Of a stretch of DNA of 54,073 bases, positions 19,235-28,923 are shown piece after piece. Position 1 is the first letter of the stretch; each line of letters opens with the position of its first letter. The DNA is from an uncultured virus (IMG/VR IMGVR_UViG_3300021961_008224) (Duplodnaviria > Heunggongvirae > Uroviricota > Caudoviricetes): IMG/VR virus record IMGVR_UViG_3300021961_008224. One strand, written 5' to 3'. The notes under the pieces are model-generated. The model was not told where the DNA came from, made no database searches, and saw only the letters and a list, made by a program, of their open reading frames with translations. The position numbers and the translations under genes were made by a program.

Positions 19235-22200
19235 CAATGAAAACGTATTAGTTGAATTCGATTATCAAAACATTGTTTTAGTTGACCCAAATAAAATAAT
19301 AGATAGTGAAGGAAACGTTAAAGAACGATTATTAAAACACGAAAATCTAGTTTATTATGCGAACTTGGAATGTAACTTATTTCCGAGAACAAGACTTTCT
19401 GTAGGTAATAATGGGTATTATGAAAATAAAACCGTATCGATTGCCGCGATTAATTTTTTAAAGCCAGGTAATAAAACCTTTTTAGATAATGGTTATTTAG
19501 ATGAAATAACAGGGTTTAATAGTGTCCAAGGAAAAGGAGCTAATCAAATTATTGAAACTAACAATCAAATTGTTAAATCTGACAAATCTACTGAATCATA
19601 TCTAACACAATCCATTTCAAATAATATTGATAATAATTTATTATTAATTAGTGATATTTCAATAAACACTCCTTTAAATTTAACACCTACAGTTACAATT
19701 AAAATGGAGGATATTAGAGGTAGAGCATTATTTGAACAAGGTGAAAATTCACCATATTCAGTATTCTTTAATTACCCATATCCGTTATTTTATTTAACGG
19801 TAAAAGGTTATTTAGGTAAAGCCGTAAAATATCAATTAGCATTAAAAACCTTTAACGCCAGATTTGACACTGCAAGTGGAAACTTTAAAATTGAATGTGT
19901 TTTTATGGCATATAAGTATAATGTACTTACTAATTTAAGTATGGAACAAGTTAAGGCGGTTCCATATATGTATAGAACTAAATATACCTTAAGTCCTGTG
20001 GGAGATGCTTCAACACAATCTTCTCAAAATCAAGTTGGTAATACCACTAAAGATGTTTCTATGAAAACAACATCAAGAGGGTATGAGAAAATGAAGGAAG
20101 TGTACTCAGAATATAAAAGTAAGGGATTAATTCCTGAAGATTTTCCTGAGATGACTTTACAAGAATTAGTTGTAAAACTTGAAGTACTTGAAAAGACTAT
20201 CACAGATAGTTTAAGTAAAGCGGATATGGCTCCGATAACTGACGGTGAAAACTATCAAAATAATTTAACTGAATATGAAAAAGAGGTTTATTTTGCTAGA
20301 GGTAATTCTTGGTTTTATAAGTATATGAATACTACTGAGTTTTTTATTGATAAAGCTACAGGGTTAAAAATGTACACATTCAATAAAGAAACTATTGAAG
20401 GTAAGAAAAAATTAACTGCAATTACTGATTTATCAAAAGGTTTAATTCCGAAATGGAATAAAGTTTTGGCGGATAATAAAACTTTTGGTAATGGTGGAAA
20501 ATATAAAGTTGGTGGTGAAGAATTTAATTCGGAGATTCAAAACAAGATTAATTTTTTAATGTTTACCATTAATTCTTCTCCTGACCAAATCAATTGGGAT
20601 GAAACCTATAGACAAAGAACAGGTAAAGAAGCTAATGAGGTTGGTGTTACAGAATTAAAAACAAAATCATATCAAAACGTTTTACGTTCAGCAACTGTTG
20701 ATGGTGAAGATGTTACATTTAATTGGTATGTTTTTGAGGGACCTGGTCGATTTGTCGACAGTATGCAGATTATGCACAATAAAGCGACCTCTAAATTAGA
20801 TGAAATCCAAGAGAAGTTCTCTAAATTATTATCTACAAGGTTATCAGACCCTAAAAGTGGTTTAGGATTTAAACCTACATTAAAAAATGTTATTGCCGTT
20901 TTATTAGCGGGTAGTGAGGCGTTTTTACGAATAATGTGTGATGTTCACCAAAATGCTTGGAACCAAAGAAAAAACAAATATAGAGTTGGAGCGGTTTTAA
21001 GTAATGATAAATCTGCAACTTCCGTTGACGCTAAACAATCCGTGGAAACTACTGACGGTAATTTAATTCCTGTTTATCCTTGGCCTCAATATTTTGTTGA
21101 AACTAATAATGATAAAGGTGAGAAGTTTGAAATTGCATACCCTGGTGACCCTAAAGTTATTTCTAAAACTAAAGGGTATCTCTATGATGTGTGGCCTGAA
21201 GTAGAATTTGTTGAAGAATTTATTAAAGGTAAAACAGTTACCATAGTACCTAGTGCCGATACTCAATCAAGTACTTCGGCGTCTAATCTTGTTAATAGAG
21301 TATCGTTAAACGCCATAGATTTCCCAACAACTAATACATTCTTTTCAAACAAACAAGAATCTAAATTTATGTATGAAATTTGGGAAAGAATATTCTTACC
21401 TGCGAATTATCAAAGGTTTATGAGACCTAACGCTGAAAATGAGATTCTTGATGTTATTGCGGAATCAGAATATATTAACATTAGTAAATCATTATTACAA
21501 GAAGCCCCGTTCCTAATTGAAAAATTAAAAAGATATGGTTTTAATTCAAGTAACTATGTCCCTTTCTTAGCGAGTATATCAAATGATGGACTTGGAGAAA
21601 GTTGGCAAAAATTTATTAGAGATGAATTTGTAACAACCTACATCCAACAGGAGGTTAATAGTCAATTTGTTATTTTAGATAACACAGTTATTAGTTCAGG
21701 GTATCAAAATGTTGACCCTCAGCCTACCAATATAGATAAACTTAAAAGTTACTTAAAAAGTAATGTAACTAATAGTACTAACTTCTTAGATACATTACCG
21801 TATAATATGGAAGGATGGTATTCTAAAAATTTAGCAAATGGTAAAACTTCAGGTTCTATAAGGGACACATATAACACTAGTAAAGTTTATGTGTTGAATG
21901 AGGATAAGAAAATGGTTGCAAATTTTGACAGTAGTACTACCCCTAATGATAATAGACCCGTTAGTAGTTTTAATTATTTAAAACCTAATATCCCAACACA
22001 AGACGGATTGGGACTACAAAGTTTCTATTCTCAAAGAGCTGGTGACGATTTTGCTAATACACAACAAGTAACTGAAGGACAAGTTAATTATATTAATTAT
22101 AGTGGTAATGTTTCGGCACAACAAACAACTTCTATGATGAATACCCCTATGTTTGTAAACTCAGTCTTACAAGGGGTTGATAATTGGTTATCGGGTAATA

Positions 22201-25200
22201 CATATCCATATGTTAACGCGTCTTATTTGTTATTGAACAGTTTACCTATTGCAACTCTTAGAGAAAAATATAAATCATATTCAAATGGGGTTGCAACCGA
22301 TTTAGATTATATTTTTGCGGTATTTAAAAAATTCGGTGCAATTCATAAAGTCCCATACGCTTGGGTTTTAAAATATGGGTCTATATGGCATAGATATAAG
22401 AATTGGGTAGAAAACGGTGTTGATATATTAGACACGGTATGGAAAGATTTTGATGCCGCGGGTAATTATGACCCTAATGTGAGTGACCCTGAGAGAACTT
22501 ACACTTTAACAATTCCTGGTGATACAACAACTACCGACATTGTTTTACAAAGTGTAACACCTGTTGTTGGTGGAACTGTAACACAATTAAATTTAGGGTT
22601 TTACCCTAAGGTAATTGATAAGTTTAACTTATTCTATAGAGGTTATAATCTCTTCGATAACTATACTAATAGTGGAATTCAAGCTCAGTTAGATAACTCA
22701 ACAAATGGTTTTACTTTAAAACCAGTTTCCGATGCAATAATTAACAAATATTCGGGATATAACGATTCTGATTTAACTGATATTTTATCAATTAAACCTT
22801 GGAATTGTACATTATTAGATAAGAAAAATAAAATCGAATATATTATACCTTCTTTTGGTAGTAATATAAATCAAATTGGTTCGGAATGTTTTAATAATAG
22901 TGGACAATTGATATTAAACATTACGTCAAATCCTGCCATTTTTAATGGTTCAGTTAGAAGTTTTTGGGCTTTACCAAATTACGGATATTTTGATTTATTT
23001 GAGGTGGATAAACCTGAACCGACACAACACCTTAAAACAATTTTAAGTGGTTCTCCAGACCAATTAGCGTTTACCTTAGGTAAATATAGTGCTTACACTT
23101 CTAATGAAGAAATGTTCTCAGTTTTCAATAGAGAGATTTTAGATATGTTAGAAAATGAGTTCTTAAAGTTCTCAAAATCTATGTACGAATATGAGACTAA
23201 ACAAGTGGATGGTTTAGTTACAACTAGAGTTCAAATTGATAAATTATATTTGGACCCTAACGGTATTAATAAAAATTTCCAACTTTTGTTAAAAGATATG
23301 ATGTCGGTTAACATAGTTACCCCAACATCTACTAGTTCTTTAAATCAGACTAATACATTAAAACAAGAACAATTTATTAAAGTTAATAATACTATTAAAA
23401 ATTTCTTGGAATTTGATGTTATTTTAAAATATGGTAATCCTGGCGATTATAATAGACGATTGTTTGACAGTTTTGCGACTAATGTATTCATTGAAGATAA
23501 GATATCATTTAACTACTATGTTGAAGGTTCATTACCTAAATCAGGAGTTACAGGGACAACTCTTTCAGTTTATAAATCCGCAAATCCCGAAAGTTGGAAA
23601 GCTTTAGAAACGTATGTTGGATTTTCAACCGAGGAGGGGGTTAAATATACTAGTACGGGTAGTGTTATTACCGATTTCTTTATCGATATGAATGTTGAGT
23701 TTATTCCTGAGTCGGTGCAAACATTAGCACCTTTAATTAAGATTTATGCTACTCAAAAGAAATTAGACCCTACAATGAATCGTGGTAAATTTATTGCGTT
23801 ATTAAATCAATATCTAAACGATAACAAGAAATTTAGTGATACATTATTAAATTCTGTATTTCAGAAAGTTAGGTTTGGACTACCTAATGTTGATATTATT
23901 CCTGAAAAACCTATGGATACTGCATTACAGGGGGAACAAACTAAAGTTGAATTATGGGAAACATTTAAAGCCTTGAATGATACTTGGGTTGCGGGATATG
24001 ATTATACACAAACAACTTTCTTAGAGGATGTACTTTTATTAGATAGAGGTAATAGAAACATTGCTGATGAGGTTTTAATTGACCCTTTTAAGGTTAGAAA
24101 TTTATTAAAGTCAATCAATCCTAGTGCTTCGGTATATTTCTATTTAGAATCATTATTAGACATTCATCATTTTGTTTGTATGATGCACCCAGCATATGTT
24201 AATTACTACAATGTACAGGAAGTTGAAAAAAACAATGTACCTAAAATTGAGGGTAGTTTGGAGTTTGGTAATACATTATTTGGTACCTACCTAAATGTTG
24301 ATACTCGAGCATCATCACCAAAATTAGTTTGTATATATGCCGCAGAACCAAGTAAGCATTTAGAAAACGATAAAAATGAAAATAACAGATTTAAATCAGA
24401 TTCATTTGATTTAAGAAGAAGTAGTGATAATCCTCTGACTGATAAGTTAGAAGGTAAAACAGATTGGGGGTTATCTAATAGGGTTGTTGGTTTTAATGTC
24501 GATATTGGAATTCGTAATCAAAATATATTTTACTATTTTGATGTATCTCAGGACAGTGGTAAACAAACATCGGAATCCTTACTTCAGATGGATAATCTTA
24601 TTAACCAATCAAATGGTAAACAAACTGCAACTCAAAACGTTTCATTATGGAACTTTTATAAGAGTAGGTCATACCAATGTAGAGTTAATATGTTGGGTAA
24701 TGTTATGATACAACCAACAATGTATTTTAATGTTAGACACGTACCAATGTTTAATGGTCCTTATTATATTATGGACGTTAATCACAGTATTTCACCAGGA
24801 AGATTTGAAACCACATTTACGGGTATTAGACAACAAGTGTTCGCATTACCGAAAATGGAGAATTATATTCAAACGTTAACTAAAAAGTTATTCCTTGATT
24901 TATATCAACAGGTTAAACAAAAAGTTAATACGGACGCTAAAAGTAATTCTACTGCTAATTCGAATCCAAATAGTGTTACTACTACAAGTTCAACCGCGGC
25001 ACCAAGTACTAATAACTCAACTGTGACAAATACAGGTAAGGTTGATGACTCTCAAAATTGTTCAACTAAGTTAGACCCAAAATATAACAAATATGTTGGT
25101 ACTAACCCTGAACAGTCTTCTTTAAGTCCTAAACAAGTGATTGATGGTATTAACTATAATGTATCAAGTGGTGACAATTTGGATATAACTAAGATGATGT

Positions 25201-25949
25201 CATTTGTTACCATTTATTTAGAATCGTTTAAAGATAATCAATTTTATACATTCAATAATAACTTTGCGGGAGTTAAATTAAATTATGATTGGCCAGGTGA
25301 ATTACCTAAATTCTTTACTCCTGACAAATATCTATGTGTTCTTTCCAAAGACGGGTATTCATACCCATATGCGGAATTTAGTGATATTAATAATGTGTAT
25401 AAATTACTTGGGGCTAAATGGGGACCCGTATCGTCATTATCAACAATGGACGCGGAATCACTAACTGAAAGTTGGATTAGAAGATGGAATAAAGGTACTA
25501 TGAGTATTCCTGATTTTGAAAAATTCAAAACAGATAAAAAAACTGAGTACGATAATTTAGTTTATAAGGTAACTGAGGCAATGAAATTGGCGACTACTTT
25601 AGGATTATTAACACCACCACCTCCTCCTGTGACTATTAATTATTTAGGTGAGTTTGATACATTACAGGGTGGAGACGGAAGTTACTATAACTTAGAACAA
25701 ACCAATGGTAAGTTTAAAGTTTTACGAATTGTTGACCCTAATTATAATTACAATAATGTTGGTAGTACGTTGTTTAAAGATTCTAATGGAGATATTATGG
25801 TCTATGGTTGTGTATCAGGCTCAGGTCCAAAGACTTGTACTGTGAATGGTAAAAACCCTGGAACATATACTATGAATGTTGAATATTACCCTAACGGACC
25901 ATTAAATTCAACTAAGATAGAATTGGTTAGTCAACCATTTACACAATAA
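19224..25949 (+). CDS. Giant baseplate hub protein (T4 gp27 / Mu gp44 / VgrG-like) with C-terminal glucosaminidase-like region
   Basis: N-terminal ISDISI...TVTIKMEDIRG; hub C-terminus YQCRVNMLGNVMIQP...FNGPYYIMDVNHSISPGRFETTFTGIR; then a Ser/Thr linker and IYLES...NNNFAGVK...YAEFSD. Confidence 0.65.
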   Translation: MVDNNENVLVEFDYQNIVLVDPNKIIDSEGNVKERLLKHENLVYYANLECNLFPRTRLSVGNNGYYENKTVSIAAINFLKPGNKTFLDNGYLDEITGFNSVQGKGANQIIETNNQIVKSDKSTESYLTQSISNNIDNNLLLISDISINTPLNLTPTVTIKMEDIRGRALFEQGENSPYSVFFNYPYPLFYLTVKGYLGKAVKYQLALKTFNARFDTASGNFKIECVFMAYKYNVLTNLSMEQVKAVPYMYRTKYTLSPVGDASTQSSQNQVGNTTKDVSMKTTSRGYEKMKEVYSEYKSKGLIPEDFPEMTLQELVVKLEVLEKTITDSLSKADMAPITDGENYQNNLTEYEKEVYFARGNSWFYKYMNTTEFFIDKATGLKMYTFNKETIEGKKKLTAITDLSKGLIPKWNKVLADNKTFGNGGKYKVGGEEFNSEIQNKINFLMFTINSSPDQINWDETYRQRTGKEANEVGVTELKTKSYQNVLRSATVDGEDVTFNWYVFEGPGRFVDSMQIMHNKATSKLDEIQEKFSKLLSTRLSDPKSGLGFKPTLKNVIAVLLAGSEAFLRIMCDVHQNAWNQRKNKYRVGAVLSNDKSATSVDAKQSVETTDGNLIPVYPWPQYFVETNNDKGEKFEIAYPGDPKVISKTKGYLYDVWPEVEFVEEFIKGKTVTIVPSADTQSSTSASNLVNRVSLNAIDFPTTNTFFSNKQESKFMYEIWERIFLPANYQRFMRPNAENEILDVIAESEYINISKSLLQEAPFLIEKLKRYGFNSSNYVPFLASISNDGLGESWQKFIRDEFVTTYIQQEVNSQFVILDNTVISSGYQNVDPQPTNIDKLKSYLKSNVTNSTNFLDTLPYNMEGWYSKNLANGKTSGSIRDTYNTSKVYVLNEDKKMVANFDSSTTPNDNRPVSSFNYLKPNIPTQDGLGLQSFYSQRAGDDFANTQQVTEGQVNYINYSGNVSAQQTTSMMNTPMFVNSVLQGVDNWLSGNTYPYVNASYLLLNSLPIATLREKYKSYSNGVATDLDYIFAVFKKFGAIHKVPYAWVLKYGSIWHRYKNWVENGVDILDTVWKDFDAAGNYDPNVSDPERTYTLTIPGDTTTTDIVLQSVTPVVGGTVTQLNLGFYPKVIDKFNLFYRGYNLFDNYTNSGIQAQLDNSTNGFTLKPVSDAIINKYSGYNDSDLTDILSIKPWNCTLLDKKNKIEYIIPSFGSNINQIGSECFNNSGQLILNITSNPAIFNGSVRSFWALPNYGYFDLFEVDKPEPTQHLKTILSGSPDQLAFTLGKYSAYTSNEEMFSVFNREILDMLENEFLKFSKSMYEYETKQVDGLVTTRVQIDKLYLDPNGINKNFQLLLKDMMSVNIVTPTSTSSLNQTNTLKQEQFIKVNNTIKNFLEFDVILKYGNPGDYNRRLFDSFATNVFIEDKISFNYYVEGSLPKSGVTGTTLSVYKSANPESWKALETYVGFSTEEGVKYTSTGSVITDFFIDMNVEFIPESVQTLAPLIKIYATQKKLDPTMNRGKFIALLNQYLNDNKKFSDTLLNSVFQKVRFGLPNVDIIPEKPMDTALQGEQTKVELWETFKALNDTWVAGYDYTQTTFLEDVLLLDRGNRNIADEVLIDPFKVRNLLKSINPSASVYFYLESLLDIHHFVCMMHPAYVNYYNVQEVEKNNVPKIEGSLEFGNTLFGTYLNVDTRASSPKLVCIYAAEPSKHLENDKNENNRFKSDSFDLRRSSDNPLTDKLEGKTDWGLSNRVVGFNVDIGIRNQNIFYYFDVSQDSGKQTSESLLQMDNLINQSNGKQTATQNVSLWNFYKSRSYQCRVNMLGNVMIQPTMYFNVRHVPMFNGPYYIMDVNHSISPGRFETTFTGIRQQVFALPKMENYIQTLTKKLFLDLYQQVKQKVNTDAKSNSTANSNPNSVTTTSSTAAPSTNNSTVTNTGKVDDSQNCSTKLDPKYNKYVGTNPEQSSLSPKQVIDGINYNVSSGDNLDITKMMSFVTIYLESFKDNQFYTFNNNFAGVKLNYDWPGELPKFFTPDKYLCVLSKDGYSYPYAEFSDINNVYKLLGAKWGPVSSLSTMDAESLTESWIRRWNKGTMSIPDFEKFKTDKKTEYDNLVYKVTEAMKLATTLGLLTPPPPPVTINYLGEFDTLQGGDGSYYNLEQTNGKFKVLRIVDPNYNYNNVGSTLFKDSNGDIMVYGCVSGSGPKTCTVNGKNPGTYTMNVEYYPNGPLNSTKIELVSQPFTQ

Positions 25950-25989
25950 CATTTACAATAACCGCAATATTTATAATAAAAATAAGATT

Positions 25990-26214
25990 ATGGACGCAAA
26001 TTTAATATTAGATAATTACTTAGGTAAAAAAACCAGAACCACAGAAAAAGATATGGGTGATGGTACTAAACAAGTATGTGATTTAGACACTAACGAATGT
26101 TATACTGTTAGAATGAAAGATGGTTTAATTGAAAGAGTTGACCATATGATGTCTAAAAATAAAAAAGTTCAAGTTGAAACACTAACAGGTGTGAAACAAT
26201 TATTAAACGGATAA
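25990..26214 (+). CDS. Hypothetical protein (74 aa)
   Basis: Fills the gap, preceded by TATTTAT at 25968-25974; contains VCDLDTNECY. Confidence 0.75.
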   Translation: MDANLILDNYLGKKTRTTEKDMGDGTKQVCDLDTNECYTVRMKDGLIERVDHMMSKNKKVQVETLTGVKQLLNG

Positions 26215-26218
26215 GAAT

Positions 26219-26896
26219 ATGGCAATCGATAAAAAAATTATAGAAGAGATTAAAAGATATAATTCAATTAACAAATATATCTTGGAACAAGAATTACCTG
26301 AACCACCAGATGGTGACACACCTCCATTACCTGTAGGTGATGAACCTGTTGGAGATGCACCACTACCAGGTGGTGAAGCACCTGTCGGAGGTGAAGTACC
26401 TGCGGAAGGAGAAGCCCAACCTATTGACACTGAAACAGACCCTGATGTTGAAAAAATTGACGACGAGGGAAATCCTGAAGGTGGTGAAAATGCTGAAGAT
26501 ACTGATAGTGAAGAATTAGATATCACAGATTTGGTGACTACTCAAAAAGATATGGGTCAAAAACAAGATGAATATTTTGATAAGTTATTTGGTCACTTAG
26601 ACAATTTAGAATCTAAGTTAGGTGAAATGGACCAATTAATGAGTAAGATTAATTCTATGGAAGAGAAGATTGAGAAATACAGAGAAAAAACTCCACAAGA
26701 AAAATTAGAACTTAGAAGTTTAGACTCGGGACCTTTTAATCAGAAATTGACAGATTTCTTTATTGATAAAGAACCTGATATGGAAAAATCAGGTAAGAAC
26801 GAATATATTTTAACAAGTGATGATGTTGAGAACTTCTCATCTGCAGATATAAAAAATTCGTTTACTCCTGAACCTAAAAAGAATTTCGGATTTTAA
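26219..26896 (+). CDS. Acidic Pro/Gly-rich plus coiled-coil protein (possible head core/scaffold-associated)
   Basis: Leader ending YILE, repeated P(L/V)PxGxE linker, EELDITDLV, heptad region LDNLESKLGEMDQLMSKINSMEEKIEK. Confidence 0.6.
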   Translation: MAIDKKIIEEIKRYNSINKYILEQELPEPPDGDTPPLPVGDEPVGDAPLPGGEAPVGGEVPAEGEAQPIDTETDPDVEKIDDEGNPEGGENAEDTDSEELDITDLVTTQKDMGQKQDEYFDKLFGHLDNLESKLGEMDQLMSKINSMEEKIEKYREKTPQEKLELRSLDSGPFNQKLTDFFIDKEPDMEKSGKNEYILTSDDVENFSSADIKNSFTPEPKKNFGF

Positions 26897-26897
26897 T

Positions 26898-26926
26898 TTG
26901 ACAAAGTAGGTAATTGGGTTTATTAT
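26898..26926 (+). promoter_or_regulatory. Sigma70-consensus promoter for the replication block
   Basis: TTGACA (26898-26903), 17-nt spacer, TATTAT (26921-26926), 38 nt before the SSB ATG. Confidence 0.7.
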
Positions 26927-26964
26927 TAGTTAACAAATAACTTAAAATTTTAAAAACAATTATT

Positions 26965-27816
26965 ATGATGTCAACACTAGATTCTGTCTTAGCTCAGTAC
27001 GAGAAATCACAACAGTCAGGAGGTAACTCCAACAAAATGTCTATGGACGAACGTATGAAGAAATACTTCGCAGCGATTCTTCCACAAGGACAAAATTCCG
27101 CACAAAAACGTATTCGTATCCTCCCAACTAAAGATGGTAGTTCACCATTTGTTGAGGCTTGGTTTCACGAAGTACAAGTAGGTGGTCAATGGAACAAACT
27201 ATATGACCCGTCAAAAAACGACAACGAACGTTCACCTTTGAACGAAGTTTATGAAGAACTTACCGCTACAGGTAAAGAGTCTGACAAAGAACTTGCAAAA
27301 AATTACAAATCAAGAAAATTCTACATTGTCAAAGTAATCGACAGAGATAAACCTGAAGATGGTGTTAAATTCTGGCGTTTCAAACACAACTACAAAAACG
27401 AAGGTGTGTTAGACAAAATTATTCCAATTTGGAGAAATAAAGGAGATATTACTAACGCAGAAAACGGTCGTGATTTAATTATCGAATTAGCAAAGGCTAA
27501 AACTCCAAAAGGTAAAGATTACACCATCATTCAAACAATTATGTATGATGATGCACAACCATTACACGAAGATAAGGCTCAATTAGAGGCTTGGGTTAAT
27601 GACGAATTAACTTGGAGAGATGTTTATTCTAAAAAACCAACTGACTATTTAGAGGCAATCGCAAGAGGTGAAACTCCACGTTGGGATTCTGAAAAAGGTG
27701 GTTATGTTTATGGTGATAGTTCATCTGAAGAAATGAGTATGGGTGGAGGAACAAGTGCTTCTTCATACAAAGACCCACAAGAGAATGCACAACCTGATGA
27801 GGATATGCCATTCTAA
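26965..27816 (+). CDS. Single-stranded DNA-binding protein (T4 gp32-like)
   Basis: RIRILP...PFVEAWFH...FYIVKVIDRD..EDGVKFWRF...GDIT..ENGRDLII; acidic tail DEDMPF. Confidence 0.82.
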   Translation: MMSTLDSVLAQYEKSQQSGGNSNKMSMDERMKKYFAAILPQGQNSAQKRIRILPTKDGSSPFVEAWFHEVQVGGQWNKLYDPSKNDNERSPLNEVYEELTATGKESDKELAKNYKSRKFYIVKVIDRDKPEDGVKFWRFKHNYKNEGVLDKIIPIWRNKGDITNAENGRDLIIELAKAKTPKGKDYTIIQTIMYDDAQPLHEDKAQLEAWVNDELTWRDVYSKKPTDYLEAIARGETPRWDSEKGGYVYGDSSSEEMSMGGGTSASSYKDPQENAQPDEDMPF

Positions 27817-27826
27817 TAATACAACC

Positions 27827-27872
27827 GAACTTGGACATCTACTTAGACAAGGTGTCCAAGTTCTTTATATTT
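27827..27872 (+). terminator. Stem-loop between ssb and recA (terminator/attenuator)
   Basis: GAACTTGGACATCT / AGGTGTCCAAGTTC 14-bp stem (one G-U) followed by TTTATATTT. Confidence 0.7.
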
Positions 27873-27903
27873 TAAATAAAAAGAAATAATAACATAGACA
27901 TAT

Positions 27904-28905
27904 ATGGCAATCAAAAAAAACGATTTTAAATCAATCAAAGATAAGTTCTCAACATCGGCAAAATACAAACCACAAAGATTTTTTGATTTGGGTACTGACT
28001 TTTTGGATGCGGTAGGATTACCAGGACCTGCGATAGGTCACTTGAATATGTTTTTAGGTCACTCGGACACAGGAAAAACAACTGCGTTAGTTAAAACTGC
28101 GGTTGATGCTCAGAAAAAAGGTATTTTACCTGTGTTTATTATTACCGAACAAAAATGGTCTTTTGAACACGCAAAACTTATGGGTTTTGAATGTGAAGAA
28201 GTTGTTGATGAAGCAACAGGGGAATTGGATTGGGATGGGTTTTATATCTTCAACAATAACTTTGACTATATTGAACAAATTACGGATTATATTAATTCAT
28301 TGTTGGACGCTCAAGAGAAAGGTGAATTAGATTATAGTTTATGTTTTATGTGGGATTCTGTTGGTTCAGTTCCTTGTAAAATGACATTTGAAGGTAAGGG
28401 TGGTAAACAACATAACGCATCTACATTAGCAGATAAAATTGGTATGGGTATTAACCAACGTATCTCAGGTTCTCGTAAAGCGGATTCTAAATATGAAAAT
28501 ACTTTAATCATAGTTAATCAACCTTGGGTTGAATTACCTGATAATCCTTTTGGACAACCTAAAATTAAGGCTAAAGGTGGGGAGGCTATTTGGTTAAACT
28601 CATCATTAGTTTTCTTATTTGGAAATCAAAAAGGTGCGGGAACAACAAAAATTACCGCAACAAAAGACAAGAGAACAATCAAATTCGCGTCAAGAACTAA
28701 AGTATCTGTAATGAAAAACCACATCAATGGTCTTGGTTATGAGGATGGTAAAATCATTGTAACACCACACGGATTTATTGCGGGTAAAGAAGCGTCAGAA
28801 GAGAAGGCATCTATTGAGAAATACAAAAAGGAATATGCTGACTATTGGAAAGAGATTATCGGAACCGATGGTGATTTTGATTTAAGAGAAGAAAAAGAGT
28901 CGTAA
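27904..28905 (+). CDS. recA: RecA/UvsX-like recombinase
   Basis: Walker A GHSDTGKTT, Walker B FMWDSVG, IIVNQ, KGGEA, KNHI. Confidence 0.85.
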   Translation: MAIKKNDFKSIKDKFSTSAKYKPQRFFDLGTDFLDAVGLPGPAIGHLNMFLGHSDTGKTTALVKTAVDAQKKGILPVFIITEQKWSFEHAKLMGFECEEVVDEATGELDWDGFYIFNNNFDYIEQITDYINSLLDAQEKGELDYSLCFMWDSVGSVPCKMTFEGKGGKQHNASTLADKIGMGINQRISGSRKADSKYENTLIIVNQPWVELPDNPFGQPKIKAKGGEAIWLNSSLVFLFGNQKGAGTTKITATKDKRTIKFASRTKVSVMKNHINGLGYEDGKIIVTPHGFIAGKEASEEKASIEKYKKEYADYWKEIIGTDGDFDLREEKES

Positions 28906-28923
28906 CAATATAAACAAAACTAA

